DNA of 63,780 nucleotides, filler included, from Peribolospora baueri (GCA_029717555.1; 3 parts of 3 records of this genome joined end to end with filler, not necessarily neighbours in it), one strand, 5' to 3'. Counted from the first letter of the whole stretch, positions 35,792-50,426 are shown. Notes: generated by a model not told the origin, from the sequence alone. Made by a program: numbers and translations.

Positions 35792-38423
35792 ATGGCCGAA
35801 GGTGTCAGATCGGCACGCGCCTCCACAGCCACTTCTTCCACACCTCCCGCCGCCCCCGGTCGCGAGGGCCTCCGTCGCAAGATACAGCCGCCACGTCGAC
35901 TCCTCTCTCCCTCACCGCCCCCCACCCGTCCCTCCACCTCCCATGCCCCCATCCACCGCTCCGTCTCTGGCGCTCGCTCATCCAAAGCCGTTGTCGCCGG
36001 CGCCGGCGCAGGCACCGGCTCCTCCTCCGCCAGATCTTCTTCTTCTTCCGCCCTTTCCACCGCTGCCAACGCCAATGGCAAGGTGACCGCTCGGAGAGGC
36101 GAGAGCAAGGACAAGGGCAAAGAGAATGTAGACGCCGGCACGGATGCCGCCGCGAAGAAGAGAAAGCGCAGGTGAGCACCTCGGCCCCTTCTTTTCTTCC
36201 TATTTCGCCCTGGTCATGCACCCTACCCGCATGCATCCGTCATGTCGCGACCGTAACCGCCGTTCTCACCGCATATACGCTTTCTTCTTCTCCCAACCTT
36301 TCTCTCGTCTTGACCGACCCAGCTCGGCTGCCAATGCCGCCATCCCTTCCGGCTCCCCGCCCACCTCAGCATCCAAGCTCAAGGCTAAGGTCGGTCGTGG
36401 CGCGGATCAAGACCGCAGCGATGAAAAGGACGTAGAAAGCGCTCGGTCGAACAAACGGAGCGTTTCGCCCGGCTCGATGAGACGGGAGCGAGGGGCGGAG
36501 AGAGCAAAAGCCACCACTGGCAAGGCGGGCGCGGCCGCCGACCGAGGAGTAGAAGAAGACCGATCGGACCAGCACGGCACTCGATCCGGGTACGAGTCAG
36601 ACGACGCGCTGTCCCTCGCCGAGATCGATGCAGCCGAACCTGACTTCGAAGAGGACGGATACGACAGTCCGGCCAGTTCTCGTCGATTCGCGCCCGCTCC
36701 CATCTTCTTCCCACACTGTCCGCCCCCGCGACCTCGATTCGGCGTCAACGACCTGTCGCCTGACGAGACGTCCGCGCCTCCCACCTTCATTCGCAACGGA
36801 AAGAGCTTCACCGGTCCCGGATCGCCGCCTTCAGCTCGCAAGTCTTTCGACGGCAACGCGACCAAGTCACACAGTCGCACCAAGTCCCTCCCTTCGCTCA
36901 GCAGGAAGCGACCCCTGTTCGCCAATTTCCAGCCGAAGCGCAGGGGAATGTCGGCCGAAGAACAGCGAGACGCGTACGATGACACGTCGAGTGACGAGGA
37001 TGACTTCCATGAGGCCATGCTTCGGTCAGCCGATTTCGAGTTCTTCGGCTCCGATGGCGAGCGCGACAGCGCTAGGCCGTCCAACGGCAACGACGGCGGG
37101 TGCTCCGACGATGACACGCCCGCGACCACACCCCGCAGTCCCGGTCCTGAGCTCGGAGGCGACGACGTCAAGTCGACGACGCCTCCCCCGAGCGATTCGT
37201 CGTCATCGGCTCAGCAGCCGACGTCCATTCACGTACCGGTCACCGCACCCATCGTCTTCAGCAACGCCCTTCCCGTCTCGACGCCCACGGGACCGGGGCC
37301 TGGCTCGAACCGTCTTCACGCCGGATCGTTGACGCTCTCTCTCCCCCAACCTCTCTCCCCGCGCTTCTCTTCTGCACGAGCGTCAGCCTTAGCCGCCGCT
37401 GCCGCCGCCAACGCGTCGGCATCCTCGAAGAGTGACACACCGTTTAGTCCAACCCTTGCGCCTTCGTCTTCTGCTAGCGCGTCTGCTCCCTCCGCCGCCG
37501 CCGACGCCAGTCCCAGTGCTTGTCTTGGTCTCGGTTTCGGCGGCCTCGGACTGCCCGGCTCGGCCGGTAACAGTCCCATGCTCACTGCGCTTCCGGGCAT
37601 CTCCGTCGCGACGCATGGCATGAGCTTCAGCGGTGGCGGCATACCCTCCCCTGGTCCCTTGCTTGGACCTAGCGCTGTCTCCGGTCTTGGTAAGGCGTCC
37701 TACAGCTCGTCCGGCTTGGTAGGACACGCAACGGATGACGAAAACGACGACGATGGCGACGCAGAGATGACCAGCGCCGGTGGTGCCAGGTCGCGCACGC
37801 CCGCGACCGCGAGTAGCATGCTCGACCTGGACCCGTTCGACCCGTACTCCGCCAAGCGCCGCAAACCCTCATCCTCGCTGCCCTACAAAGACGACGACAA
37901 CGAATCCGTGTCGCCAGCGTCGGGTGCCGAGGCTTCGCGATCTTCGCGCTCTTCCACTTCGTATGCCAGCGCTACCACCTCACCGTGTGCTTCCCCTCGC
38001 GGTCGGCGCGGGCCTCACCGCAAGTCGGCAAAAGACGAGACGTATGACTGCGCAGACGAGTCAGACTCGCGGACATCGCTCTCGTGTGCCATGGATGATC
38101 GCATGGATGTGGACGCGTTCGACTTCGAGGCCGAGCTGGTACTGCTCAAAGGCCCGGAGACGATGGGCGTCGAAGAGCTCGATCGGTGCTGGGGCGGCAG
38201 CAGCCAAGCGGAGTGCCTCTCTGTAGAGGCATCTGACCGAGTAAAGGCGATGCGAAACGACGATCGCGAGAGCGATGACGCGGACCTCGACATGGCGGAC
38301 GCTGGTGCGGAGGGAATGGAGGACGGCGCTCGCAAGGCGACCAAGCTACCCGACACTCCTTGCGCCGGCGTCGTCTGCAGGGCCAAGGCGGCCGTCGAGG
38401 ATGCGGCCAAGCGGGACGACTGA
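35792..38423 (+). CDS. Large uncharacterised S/P/A-rich, probably disordered protein (2 exons)
   Basis: Exon 35792-36171, intron GTGAGC...CAG 36172-36322, then a long open exon to TGA at 38423. Contains basic KKRKR and KRRK patches, acidic tracts and a C-terminal GPETMGVEELDRCW motif. Confidence 0.7.
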
Positions 38424-40192
38424 TCGAAAGCTTTGCCCTCGCCCTCGCCCTCGACGACTTGCTACCTCTCTCCCTCGTTCTTTTCTCGGCCGTCCGAACG
38501 ACGACTCGGTAACGACATGAACGCAGTACTTGCACATATGCACTCGGTACACGAGACGACGTATGGTTTTCTTTTTTTCTCTTCATGCCGCCTTTCTCCT
38601 TTCCACTTCAGCGACGCGATTCCTGCCGATACACAAAATACTCGACGTCCGCGAGGTCGGACATGCCCTCCAACTCCCGTTTTCCTCCTTTCTTCTCGTC
38701 CTCCGCTTCCTCTCTACCCTGCTCGTTTTCCCATCTCGTCCGTCCTCCACTCATCCACCGCCGCCTTTTCGCACTCGTACGTTCGTCCGCCCGTCACCCC
38801 GTCTCTCGCCGTCTCTGAGGCACTGTGTCATAGCCATTTTTTCCCCACCCTCTTCCAAGCGAAGCATCCACCGCTCTTCCGTCTTTTCCTTTTTTCTTAC
38901 GCTGTTGTTCGTTCGGGTCTTCGTCTTGTCGCAGAGATATTTTCCCTCGCCGTTATCTTTTCTCTCTGGCCTCGGCTCCCTTTCCTTGTCAGCCGATCTG
39001 TTCGCGCCGCTTTGTCTCCTTTGGGTCCTCTTTATAGGCGGAAGTAGTCTTCTCACTTCTTCGCTCTTTCTCCAATCTATCTGCCTTGCTTCTTGCCCTA
39101 CCCTTCCCCCGCTCAGCTTCCATCGCCCTGCGCCGAGGCACCCCTCTTCCCTCTTCCCTCTTTCATTCGTCGCTCAGTCGCGTTATTCATTCGCCGCTTC
39201 TTGTCCTTCGTCACCTCGTCACCTCCCTACCTACCGTCGGCCTACCTCTATTCCATTACCAACTCTGTCGCCACCACCCCTCGTCTTTGTCATATACGAG
39301 TTTCCCCCCCACAACCTCGTTAAACTTTTTTGATAGAAAAGAAAGTCGAACTTGAGTGTTGTTTGCATCTTTTTTTCCGTGTCTGTTGAGACTATCGTAT
39401 GGTGGTGGATAGATTGGAAGAGGGAAGTTGGTGACCTGTCGAGCGCGAGGGCCAAGTCTTGATTGTCGACTGACTGCCGGTCAGTGACAACTAACTGGAT
39501 GACGAAACCAAGCCCTCTCTCTTCCTTGCTTGCTTTCCATCAGCCTCCCCGCCTCCTCGCCTCACCCGCCACCCCACCCCACCCCACCCCGCTGACGACA
39601 AGACAAGACTTCCCGCCCGCTTACTCCGTCCTTCCACTTTCCCCTCCCTCCCGGTGCTCCTCCTGTCCCTCCGTCCCCCGAGCCTCCCAGTGCTGCTCCT
39701 CCTGTCGTCCCTCCATCCGCCGAGCCTCCCACTTCTTCCAAACAAGCTCCGGAAGCGTCCTCCCCTCCTGCCGTCCATTGCGCGGGTCACGCTCGTAGAG
39801 GACGTAGGCGAATATGCCTGTTAGGGCGCCGAAGATTGGGTCGGCCGTCCTAAGGTTGGTTGGGGTCGGAAGACGTTCGCGTTAACCTTTTGTCATGGCT
39901 ACTTTGCATGCAACGCACCCCTCTCTGTGTAGGTAGCCCACCTTGAAATTAGATATCTCATCCTCGCAGCGACGAAGATGTGAGTAGGAAACGATGACTG
40001 GGGTGGTGAGATGGATGGATGTTCAAGGTCGGTGCGGTGCGGTCATACTTTCGAGCGCACGTGACTAGTCGCGTGCGCGTGCGCAACGCGTAGAGCTTAC
40101 TTACCCTGACTACTTTCACTTCTCACTTTCAGCTCGACGGCGAGACCGGACCACCTTGAACGTTCAAGCTCCTCGACATCCTTCCGGGTCGC

Positions 40193-41660
40193 ATGGCGCC
40201 AGAAACGCGGCGCGACGGTCGAGGCATGCCTCTCACCGGCGTCTCTTACGAGACCATGCTGGAGACCTTTGACATCTGTGAGTCGCCGCCCGTCGTCCTG
40301 GCTTGGCTGCCTTGGTCAGCAGCGCCCTTCGAGCTTGCCAAGCTGACGCCACGCTCGTCAGTCAAACGCAAGCACATTACACAAAACAGGGACATCATAA
40401 GGACAAACACTCACTCGGCACTGCGAATCCGTGAGCTAGAAGCGCGCATCTACGCCCTCGAGAGCGACAAGAACGATTTGCGGGTGGCCAACTTTGGCTT
40501 GCGTGGGGAGAACGAGCGGCTATGGAACCACATACAAGAGGTCCGAAGAGTGAGCACCCTCGTTTGCACGCTCTCTCGCCCAAGATGGGACAACTCTCAG
40601 ATGTTTGCTTTTCCTTTTTCTTCTTCCTGCGGTGTAGACTGCCCGAATGCTCCTTCAAGCATTAGCAGCCATTCCAGAACCGTCAAGGTCTTCCTTCCTT
40701 CCCACGCCCATCAACTCGCCTCAACCGATCGACGTATCCCCTCTGTCCGCCTACACCAATACACTTGTCGCCCGCCCTGTTGCTCAATCTCCAGGAGACG
40801 ACCTTGAGGACGTGAGGGAGAGCGAGGAGGAGACCAACGTCAACATCTTGAAGGACTCTTCTAACACGTCACAGAACGTAGACGACTTTGTAACTGTTAG
40901 CGGCCCGCGCGCTCGGCGAAGAACGGTGAAACGGCCACCAGCGAAGAGGACTGCGGTGGAGATGGAGAAGGAGAAGGAGAAGGAGAGGGAGAAGGAAAAG
41001 GTAACCGAGAAGGAGAAGCTAGCGGTCCTCGACGATGCCCGATCGCCTTCCCCACCGACACCGATGCCGCCCAGCACTGGCCCTTCGCGCAAGCGCAAGT
41101 GTCGCGTTGGGACATCAGAACCGGGCAGGTCAAACCTCTTCTCGCCGACGATGGAGCTGCCCGATCCGATGAAGGAAGCGGAAGCGGTCGTGACGCAGGC
41201 CGAGGCGCAGCAGCAGGCCGGGATCGAGAATGGACGAGAAAGGCGGGCGAGGAAGAGCGTCAATTACGCCATGCCCAAGCTGAATACGTGAGTCGGAACC
41301 GGCGCGAGCGGCGAGCCTCCCGGCCGCCATGGAACTCATCGTCTTCCCCTTCCTTTGTACAGAAAACTTCGCAAGCCCGATCCTACTGAAACCATGCCTG
41401 CCGGACGGGCGCGGCAGCCGATGTTGGGACACATCGCCAACGAAGGCTCAACGTCTGGGAGTGCGCTCGCGCGTGGTGCCACGAACGGAGTGAGGAGCGT
41501 CAGCGCGGGCGAGGAAGAGACGCGCAAGGCGACAGAAGATGTGGCGCCTACAGGAGGTCAAACCGATAAAAAGGCGCCGCCCGAGCCGAGAGCAGGAGAC
41601 GCATCGGGAGGAGCGTTGGACGGCAAACGCTCCGGTCGAAGACACACGGCGGTGATATGA
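40193..41660 (+). CDS. SGO1: Shugoshin, spliced
   Basis: N-terminal coiled coil KRKHITQNRDIIRTNTHSALRIRELEARIYALE and SGO basic motif RERRARKSVNYAMPKLNT|KLRKP. Confidence 0.9.
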
Positions 41661-41996
41661 AACGCGCCGGTCGAGGAGTGGTTCTTGGCTTTCGGTTGTG
41701 CGTCTGTACGTGTAGGATTGGTCATTCCCGTCGAACATGCATACCATGGGGTCCCCCAGAGGGGCACTTTTTTGTCCTTCTTTGCTGCCGATACCAGACC
41801 CTCTTCTCACTCACGCACGAGAGGGGAGAGGACAGGCGGGTCTGAATTACCACGGCGTCTTTCGATGGGTATCACGAACACGGCGGGGTACATACATACA
41901 TAACAAATAGTCAAGGGCTCGAAGGCGTACGATAACCGACGGAACTCTCACGATCGAGTGAGCGAGGACCGTCGAGGCCGGTGGAATGCTCCCTAC

Positions 41997-44856
41997 TCAC
42001 TCCGGCAAATTTTTCGCTCCGCCTACGTTCTTAAGCTTCACTATCAGCGGTTTCCGCTCTGGGCCATTACTGTATGGAGACAACAGCGGCGGCGGTAGCG
42101 CTGGCGTCGGAGAATCCGTCCTTCCATCTTGACCCTCTCGCTCGTCTGCTGCCGGCAGGCTGCCCGCGGCCAGAGGAAGGGGAGGTTCCGTAGCTGGGGC
42201 TTTGCTAGAAGGTAGAGCACCATATTTCTCCGAAGGAGTCCGCGGTTGGTCGGACAGAACACCGGGCTGAGCATGCGCCGGGCTCGCTGTGGCCGATTTG
42301 GACTGCCGTTCCGTAGCGGCCTTTGCGGCCGACTTGCGTCCTCTCCCGGCGGGCAGGGCCGGCTGGTGGTATATTGGTTCGACGCTTCGTGTAGGAGCCT
42401 TGAGCGCTCCTCGATCCCGCAGGGTCCTCCCGCTCGTCCCGCCCGCCATGACGTCGGTGGCTGGAGGCGCCTTTGCGCGCCTGTACGGCCGATACGCCAA
42501 CGGCACCTCTTCAAGACCACCTCTAGCTTGCGGAGAAGATGGAGGAGAAGCGGTCGAAAGCGAAGACGGAGGGGAAAGCTGGGGTGCTTCGGCTTCCATT
42601 TCCTCGAACAGGTCGAACGCCCGGCGGAGCCACGTCGGAGCGGGGTTGGCATGGCCGGCGGGTAGGCCCAGCTTCCCTCGTCGACGTTTGAAAGCTTTGT
42701 CGATCTGCATGAGGTGTCGCAGCGAGGGATTCGTGTTGGGCTAAGAAACAAAACAGCGCCACCACCGAATCATTTCTTGACTTACCAGCGCAACCTCATT
42801 CTCGTCCCACCAGCCATCCGTCGCGCAGCCCCCCAGCGCGTCATAGCATAAACCCGCTACTGAAGCAGCAGCACCGCTGGTGAGCGCCCGATCAGAGTAC
42901 CCTCCCTCGAGTACGGCCACAAGCTTTCCTCGCGCAAAACAATCTGCGAAACGACAAGCATCGGCGAAGAAGCGGGAGTAGAATGACACGGGCACGGACT
43001 TTCCATGGCGCTGCATGGTTGGATACTCGTGTTGGCATGCGTCGTAGCCTGATAAAATGTGAGTGCAGTAAGATGTAGAAGCGAGATATGAAAATGAGCT
43101 CATGCGACGAGCGGTCGCTTTTGCGAGCCTCCATGCTCACCTGCGGACACGAAAACGATTGTCTCCTCCTGAGTCGCCGCCGTCTCTCTCACAAACTGCT
43201 CCGCCGCTCCAAAGATACGAGGGGCGTACTTTTGCTCGTACAGAGTGGAAAACTGGGCTGGGCTGGAGAAGGATTCGAGGTGAACTGTGAGGGGGAAAGA
43301 CCATGACGTTTGAGTGGAGAAGTGCTGATCTAACCCGCCAATAAGAGTCAGGATTACTGACCGTTCTCGATCCACTGGCCGTGAGCGCCAGCAATGCTCA
43401 AGCTGGCGTCCTTGACCTTGTCCATGTCTCCATCTTCGCACGGATACGACTCGATATCGTGCAACGAACCGTAGAACAACTTGAGCTTCTCCTTTCCCCT
43501 CCATGCCCGGGCTGCAGAGGCTGGCCGATGCGATCCGTGTGACTCCGGAGGAGGCGTGGCTGGAAGTGGGATCTCCGCTGGCTCCACTGTGAGGGCGGGC
43601 ATCGATTCGGGATCCGTCTCTCCTTCTGCGTCCATTTCGCCGTCCTGCTCTCCGTCAGTCGACTCGCTCTCCCACGCCCTCGCACCCTCAGACCCTTCTC
43701 CACTTTTCGCCGCTTGATCGATCGCTTCAAACCTTCGCGCCTCTTCGTTGATCCTCCACGCCAGTTCTTGTGTCCCATTCCCGTGATGCAAATCAATGTC
43801 GAGCACCACCACGCGGTTCACGCCGTGTCGTATGTGTGCGTGGGCGGCAGCGACAGCGACATTGTTGATCATGCAAAAGCCTGAAGGGGACCTCTCTCCA
43901 CAGTGGTGACCTGGAGGGCGAATGGGAACGAAGGCGCGAGTTGGTGTAGAAGACGGCACACCGTTCTTTGAAAGAAGAACTCTGGGTGTGAGAGGTCCAC
44001 GTGGTGGCGGCGACGGCGTGCGCAGACGAGCAGAAGCGAATGCATCGACGAGACCATCAATCTCGTCCCCTTGTTCCTCTCCTGAGGCTCCGTTTACGTC
44101 CCTCGCCGCCCGTGTCACGCTATCCACCGCTTCCATCACGGCACCGGCAGCGCCCTGAATGGCGTTCAAAGTGCCCGGGCTGAAGTACAAGTCGCCCTGA
44201 TCGAGATGTGGCGGCACCTCCGAGCGCTTGCTTGGGTGAGGGGAGAACGGGGACTGGTACGGCAGGTGAGGGGAGTCGGAGATGTACTTCTGGAGGAGAG
44301 AGAGGTAAGGAGTGGGAGGAGCATCGGCGTAGGTGCTTGCGGCGGCCTCGTCGCTGGTGTAGTATGGACAGGCAGGCAGGCCATCGGGGTCCTTGGCGAC
44401 GTCAAAGGGCAGGAGGGGCTTGAGAGCTTTTCCACCGCCTGGGCTGTGTACAAATAACAGCGACCGTCCCTCGAGTAGCGAGGGTTGAGCGCGCGATTGA
44501 AGAATAATGACAGGATCACTTGACGCACCGGCCGACTCCGACCGTATTGCCTGTTCAACCCTTGCGATACCACAAGCCAAGCCAATGTGAACGGCTCTGA
44601 GTCTCTCAGGACGCTCAACTAGATGCGAGGAGGATCCAGAGCGGAGCCAGCGATGATGTGAGCAAAGCGGTTGAGGGTGGACAGAGAGTCGGGATCCGAG
44701 CAGCCCATATGGAGGTGGTTGGGCGGAGGATACTCTTTGAAGGGGCAGATCCGTGGAGACGCGCGCAGAGGCCGACCCAAGACCCATGGTGCCCATGACA
44801 GCAACCAAGTTATCGTCCTGCGACGGAGGGGCGGCGTGGGACGGGTCAGCAGCCAT
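41997..44856 (-). CDS. HOS3: Histone deacetylase, Hos3 type, spliced
   Basis: VERPERLRAV, RPPGHHC...SGFCMINNVAVAAAHA, LDIDLHHGNGTQ, GSLHDIESYPCEDGD, GYDACQHE...MQRHG and VLEGGYS. The start is uncertain (frame open to 45123). Confidence 0.9.
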
Positions 44857-45232
44857 ACCTGGTGTTCGTTGTGCGATCCTCAGGGAAGAATCACAACTTG
44901 GAGCGCTCTTCTCGGGCGAGGTCGTATCGGAAGCACGTGATCTTGCTTGCTCCTTGCCGTCGATGATGGTGATTACGTTCTTCTCACTTTGCCAGCTTGC
45001 CTCTTGCCTTCGTTCATCTCGCGCTTGTTCGCCAAACGACATGGTCGCAACCTGACCCAGCATTGCTTGCTCTTTTCCTATCAAAGGCAACGAACCGCTC
45101 GCCACCAAGGTGGCTCCAATCAACGACCTCCTTCATCGTCGCTCCCCTGTCCCCGACTCCCTAATCCCGACCTCCCCCTCTTCCCACTCTGGCGCCCGTC
45201 GCCTTTGTCAACTTGACCCCCAACCTGTCCTC

Positions 45233-48133
45233 ATGTCCCTTCACCCTACCATTTCTCCGACCTGGTCTGCCCGCCCCATTTTTGTTTATTTTCGTAGCCT
45301 GTTGTCCAGCCTCGCCATCAGCGAGAGCATCCCTCTCGAATATGTCCTCATCACTTTGACCGCTTTGCTCTTCTTCGCCCTCGTGCTGCTACTGTTTCTC
45401 TTCTTTGTCGTCACTCTTCGCGCTCGCCCGAGAGGCACCAACTTCAGGCGGGGAAGCAGCTTAAGGCGCACCGCCGCCGTCGTCGTCTTGGGTGATGTGG
45501 GGCGTAGCCCTAGGATGTGCCTGCATGCTCGCAGCTTGGCGAGGGAAGGGTGGAGGGTGTGGATCGTGGGGTATCGAGGTGAGTCTTGATCTGTGATATC
45601 TGTGCTATTCTGTTGTTCTGACCTTGCATGAACTGCTCTTTGCTCTCTTCTAGGCGCCCCTCCTCCCGACTATCTGCTTTCAACGACTATCAAGTTCTGC
45701 TACCTCGCCGAACCACCAGCGCTCATGACCAGACTCTCCAACTCCTCGCGCCTGCTATGGCTCGCTTTTGCACCCATAAAAATTGCTTTACAACTTGCCA
45801 ATTTGTTCTGGGTGCTAACCATGCAATGCGGTGACGGTCGGCAAGGCGCAGTGGAGGTCGTTATCGTCCAGGTGAGTTGATTTTCTCCGGAAGTTGGAGA
45901 TGTCTGCTTTGTCTTCGAGGTGTTCTGATCCGCTCGTGCGATTGCTTTCCGCAGACACCGCCAGCCATTCCGCTTTTGCCGGTCGTCCAGCTCACCACCC
46001 GTCTCCTCGGCTCTCGTTTGATCATCGATTGGCATAATTTGGCCTATACCATTCTGGCATTGCGACTGGGTCGAGGCGTAGCCGGGAAAGTCGGCATCGG
46101 CGTGGCTAAAAGGTAATTGAAGTGCTGGTGAAAGAAATTCCTTCAACGCCATATCTAATTATGCATTGGACTCGTCCTGTGCGGTTTCTTACCTCGCCAT
46201 TAATCCAGTATCGAACGAACATTCGGCCGCTGCGCCTACGCGCACCTCTTTGTGACGCGCGCCTTATTGAACCACCTTGACGAACGATGGAATCTTCAAG
46301 GAAAGAAAGTTGTCTTGCACGATCGCCCCCCGGAGCATTTCAAACGGGCTCGAGTAATAGAAACGCACGAGGTGAGCGATTTTAGACCAGGACGAATGAG
46401 AAACTTCATTGCGCTCATCACCCTTTGCGGTTTTTTGTGTTGTTCAAGCTCTTCACAAAGTTGACCCCCGTCCTGGACGGTCCCTTGGCTGCTTCAGGAG
46501 AGCCCTCCCGCCGAACCACCCAGTTAGACGTCAAGCAGCCACCGGCCCGAGATGAGATCCCCTTCTTCCCTACGTATTCTTTACCTCACTCCACGCCTTT
46601 TACTACGACTTTACCGTCATGGTCTGGCACCCCTCCTTCACCTATTGACGGCCGAGCGTCGCTGGACACCCCTCCACTTTCGCCGTCTCCCCCTCGCGTA
46701 CGATCAGGTGCTGCATCTTTTCTGGACCCGTCATACGTCGAGCTTCGCTCGGATCGACCCGCTCTGGTCGTGTCCTCCACCTCGTGGACCCCCGACGAAG
46801 ACTTCTCCATCCTCCTGGATGCCTTGTCTAAATACGAAGAAAAGGCCAGGGATTCCTACAAGCGGAGCTTGTTCGCCGGCGTTGGGACAGGCGAGGAGGT
46901 GGGGCCGGCCCGGCGAGGCAGTGAGGAAGAGATGAGGACGGGAGCGGGACGTGTGGGAAGGATGGTACGAAAGAACAGCGCGTCCAATCTCCCCTCTTTT
47001 GCTCGATTCGAGAACGACCGTCTGGAGCAGAACGGCGCTCCATTTCAGCGACCCACCATTTCTACATCCCTCCAGTCCTCATCACAACGATCGGTATCGG
47101 CACTCTCTTCCCCCGTCCTTTCGTGTGAACCTGATTCCTTTTCGACGTCTCCCCTTCTTCCCAACTTGCTCGTGGTCATCACAGGCCGCGGACCCATGCT
47201 TTCCTCCTTCCTGCAAACCCTGGAGGCACGCTCGACATCTGAGTGTTGGGAGCGGGTAAGGGTTCGCACGCTCTGGCTCGAGGCTGCGGATTATCCGATC
47301 CTACTCGGCTCTGCGGACGTGGGAGTGAGCTTGCACACAAGCTCCAGCGGATTGGATTTGCCCATGAAGGTAGTAGACATGCTCGGCTGCGGCGTACCGG
47401 TGTGCGCCGTCGGTTTTCCTTGGTGAGCGAGCTTTCTTCCATGGCCCTTGCTCGCGGGCTTTCGTGGACAAGTTGCCCTGACCCCCAACGAGCCTTTGTT
47501 CTGACCCTGTGGCTCTTTTGTGCTTTGATTTGAGCAGCCTAGACGAGCTAATTCAACCTGGTCGCAATGGCCTCATATTTGACGATGCGGAAGGACTCGC
47601 CAATCATCTGGACGTACGTCAGTTGAGCGACGTATTTCTTGGAGACGGGAAAAGGTGAACTGACCGTGCACGTGTTCACGTACGTCTGACTCGTTTAGGC
47701 ACTCCTGCTCTCCCATCCGGAACCCACGCGTCTAATGTCTCAGCTGCGTAACGCTGCCCACACCTCTCTCGTCCATCCAGACTCTCTTTCCGACCCTTCC
47801 CAGCATCCGTTCGTGAGGCGTACGCCAAGCTGGGATGATAATTGGCGTAAGGTCGTAGGGCCGTTGTTAGAGAGGGAAGAGGGAAGCTGGGTAGCAGGAG
47901 AGAGGGCCAGTTCCTTACCTCCCTCTTCTCGATCTCACGCTCGAACGCGGACGGACGGTGGAGAACGTTTGCGAGGCCAGACCAGCGTATCTACTGGCGC
48001 TGGCGAAGTCAGGGCCGGGAGAGGTGCACAAGGCGAAAGAGGGGAGAGGGAGGAGGACGAGTGGGGGGACGGGCTGCGGTGGCGCGGCGTGGCTGGAGTG
48101 CCAGCCATCGAGGTGTCGCATCATGAGAGTTGA
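45233..48133 (+). CDS. ALG1: Chitobiosyldiphosphodolichol beta-1,4-mannosyltransferase, spliced
   Basis: N-terminal TM segment, VVVLGDVGRSPRM, QTPPAIP, LIIDWHNLAY, SSTSWTPDEDF and HTSSSGLDLPMKVVDM. Confidence 0.93.
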
Positions 48134-48376
48134 AGTTTATTGGAAGCGCGTCGAACAAAGCAAAGTCGGGAAATCGGCCATGTTGGTTTAGAAAGCCTGA
48201 GCATACTGGCCATGGGATGTATCGTCATGGGTTACACGGCACACACGGTGTGGGAGACGCTTTCCGCTTGCAGGTTTCGAATTTTGTGGCACACAGACAG
48301 AGAGCCCATACACATTACAGTAGTTCCGGCAGTCGCCCTACAAGTGCTTACAAGTACAGCTACGCCACTCCTGCCG

Positions 48377-50426
48377 CTATGCGACCGTCCGATCGCTCTC
48401 TTCATGCCCTCCGGGTCTCGGCCGACACCAGAACTTGGTGGTGTGATCATTGCTGCCGGAGCAAAGGATATGACCGAGAGGGTGAAAGGCTAAGCTCCAC
48501 ACGTTGGACTCGTGTGCAAATTCTAGCGTCGATATCGGGAGCGTCGGCTCGAGCGAGTCGAGAGACCAATAGACGATAGCGCCTTCCGAGCCGCCGGAGA
48601 CGAGCAGGTTACGATGGACAGGATGCCAAGTGACGGCTGTAAATTTGAGTCGAAGCCCATACCAGGTGAGTGGGCAAGCGAGCCACAGGGGAAATCAATG
48701 GGAAGCGTACGAGCAGATAACTCACAACAAGCTTCCTTGCGATGACCCTTCATCGTGTAGAGCTCTTTCATCGCCCGAATATCGTACACCTTGACACTCT
48801 GATCCCTGCTCGCCGTCGCTACCATGTTTCCGTCCGCGTTCCACGATACCGCTTGCACCGTGTTCTTGTGGCCGTGACTTGCCCGGAGAAACATGTATGG
48901 AATAGGTCAGCTTACCGTTTAAGACGACGTTGCACCTCCCCCTCTGAAAAGAGAAACTCACTAGGTCCCGAGATTGGTGCCTGTTCGCGGATCCCAGAAC
49001 TTGACAAGGTTATCCTTGGATCCTGAGACGATCAACCCTTGTGTTGGGTGCCAGGCGACGCACTTGACGTCCCAGTTGTGACCTGGCGAGAAAAAATGGA
49101 AGTGGTCAGTACACGGTATTGAAACAGGTAATATGGGGGCATCGCCGATACGCCCTCGAAAGCTTGGAACAGGCCACCTGTTTGACCGGGCAATAGTGGA
49201 AGACCACTGCGCAGCTGAATCGCGAACCTCACCAGTGAGCATCCTCTCCTCCCTCGCCTCCTCGAAGCCCCAAAGCTTGAGCGTGCCGTCGTCAGACGCG
49301 CTGACAAATCGTGCGTCGTCCGGAGAAAAGCTGAGATCGCGCACGGCCTCTCGGTGACCCTGAAACGCCTTGAGGTTGTTCATGTTGCCTTGAAAATATT
49401 TGATCGTCCCCGACTGGTCGCAGCTGATGAGCCAGACGCCGGAGCGCGACCAGACGAAAGATCGAATAGCCGTATCGTGAGCCTGAGTGGAATCAGACCA
49501 TAAAAAGCGCGAGTTAGATGTATTGTATCGAGCGATGTTCAGAACAGAGGCGATCTCTTTCAGGATGCAAGGACGCGCACCTGCAAGATGGTCTCAAAGT
49601 TGAAAGTGAGACCATTCCAGAGCGTGAACTCTCCGCTAGTCGAACCGGTCAATAACCTTCGTCCTTCTGGTGTCCACTGCGATGGCAAATAGAGTGAAAA
49701 AAAGCAAGAGCAATGATGAGGGGGTGCTATCCTCTCCTTGGCGAAACCTCATTATTCCGTTCTTCATCTCCTCTCTGTTGTTTCCAGCGCTCACCTTCAC
49801 GACGTTGACGGGACATCGGACCTTGTTCGTAGACGTATGCACATGTTTGGTGCATACGGATGAGACGGTGCAGTCCGAATACGCAGCCGGTGGGAGCAGC
49901 TGAATAGCCACAGTAAGGATGATACAGGCAAAGATAAGTTGGTGTGACTTCACCCAAGCTTCTCCGAGGATCATTCATCACAAATAACGCACGTCTATGA
50001 TGGAGTGGGGAGTAGGGCGAAGGTGACGCGTATCCCGAGTGGAAAGGGACATTGCTCGTTTCTGCCGGGGAACATGCCGTCGCTGTGAGCGGCTCCTGTG
50101 CCGGTCGTTCCAGCGGTCGTTCCGTAATCGGAGAAGAAAAGACCGATAAGGTAACTCACAAGATCCCACTTGATCATACCACTATTGTAGTCCACCGTGC
50201 GACGCTGCATCAGCCTGTTTCTCTTTCTGCCTTCGAACCCTGCGTTCTGGGCGGCCATCTGCGCTGCGAACTCCTCCTCCGCCCGTTTGTCCTTCTCCGG
50301 CGGCTGTGGAGGCTCGAGATACCGTGACGGCTGCCATCGGGGTCTCTTGAAGCCACGTTTGAGTGCCGGAGGGGACGAAGGAGACTGAGAGTCCGCTGCC
50401 GTCGAATCCAAGTCGTCCGAGGGCAT
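48377..50426 (-). CDS. PFS2: Polyadenylation factor subunit 2 (WDR33 orthologue), WD40, spliced
   Basis: [66 protein letters not shown]...[17 protein letters not shown] and [19 protein letters not shown]. Confidence 0.93.
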
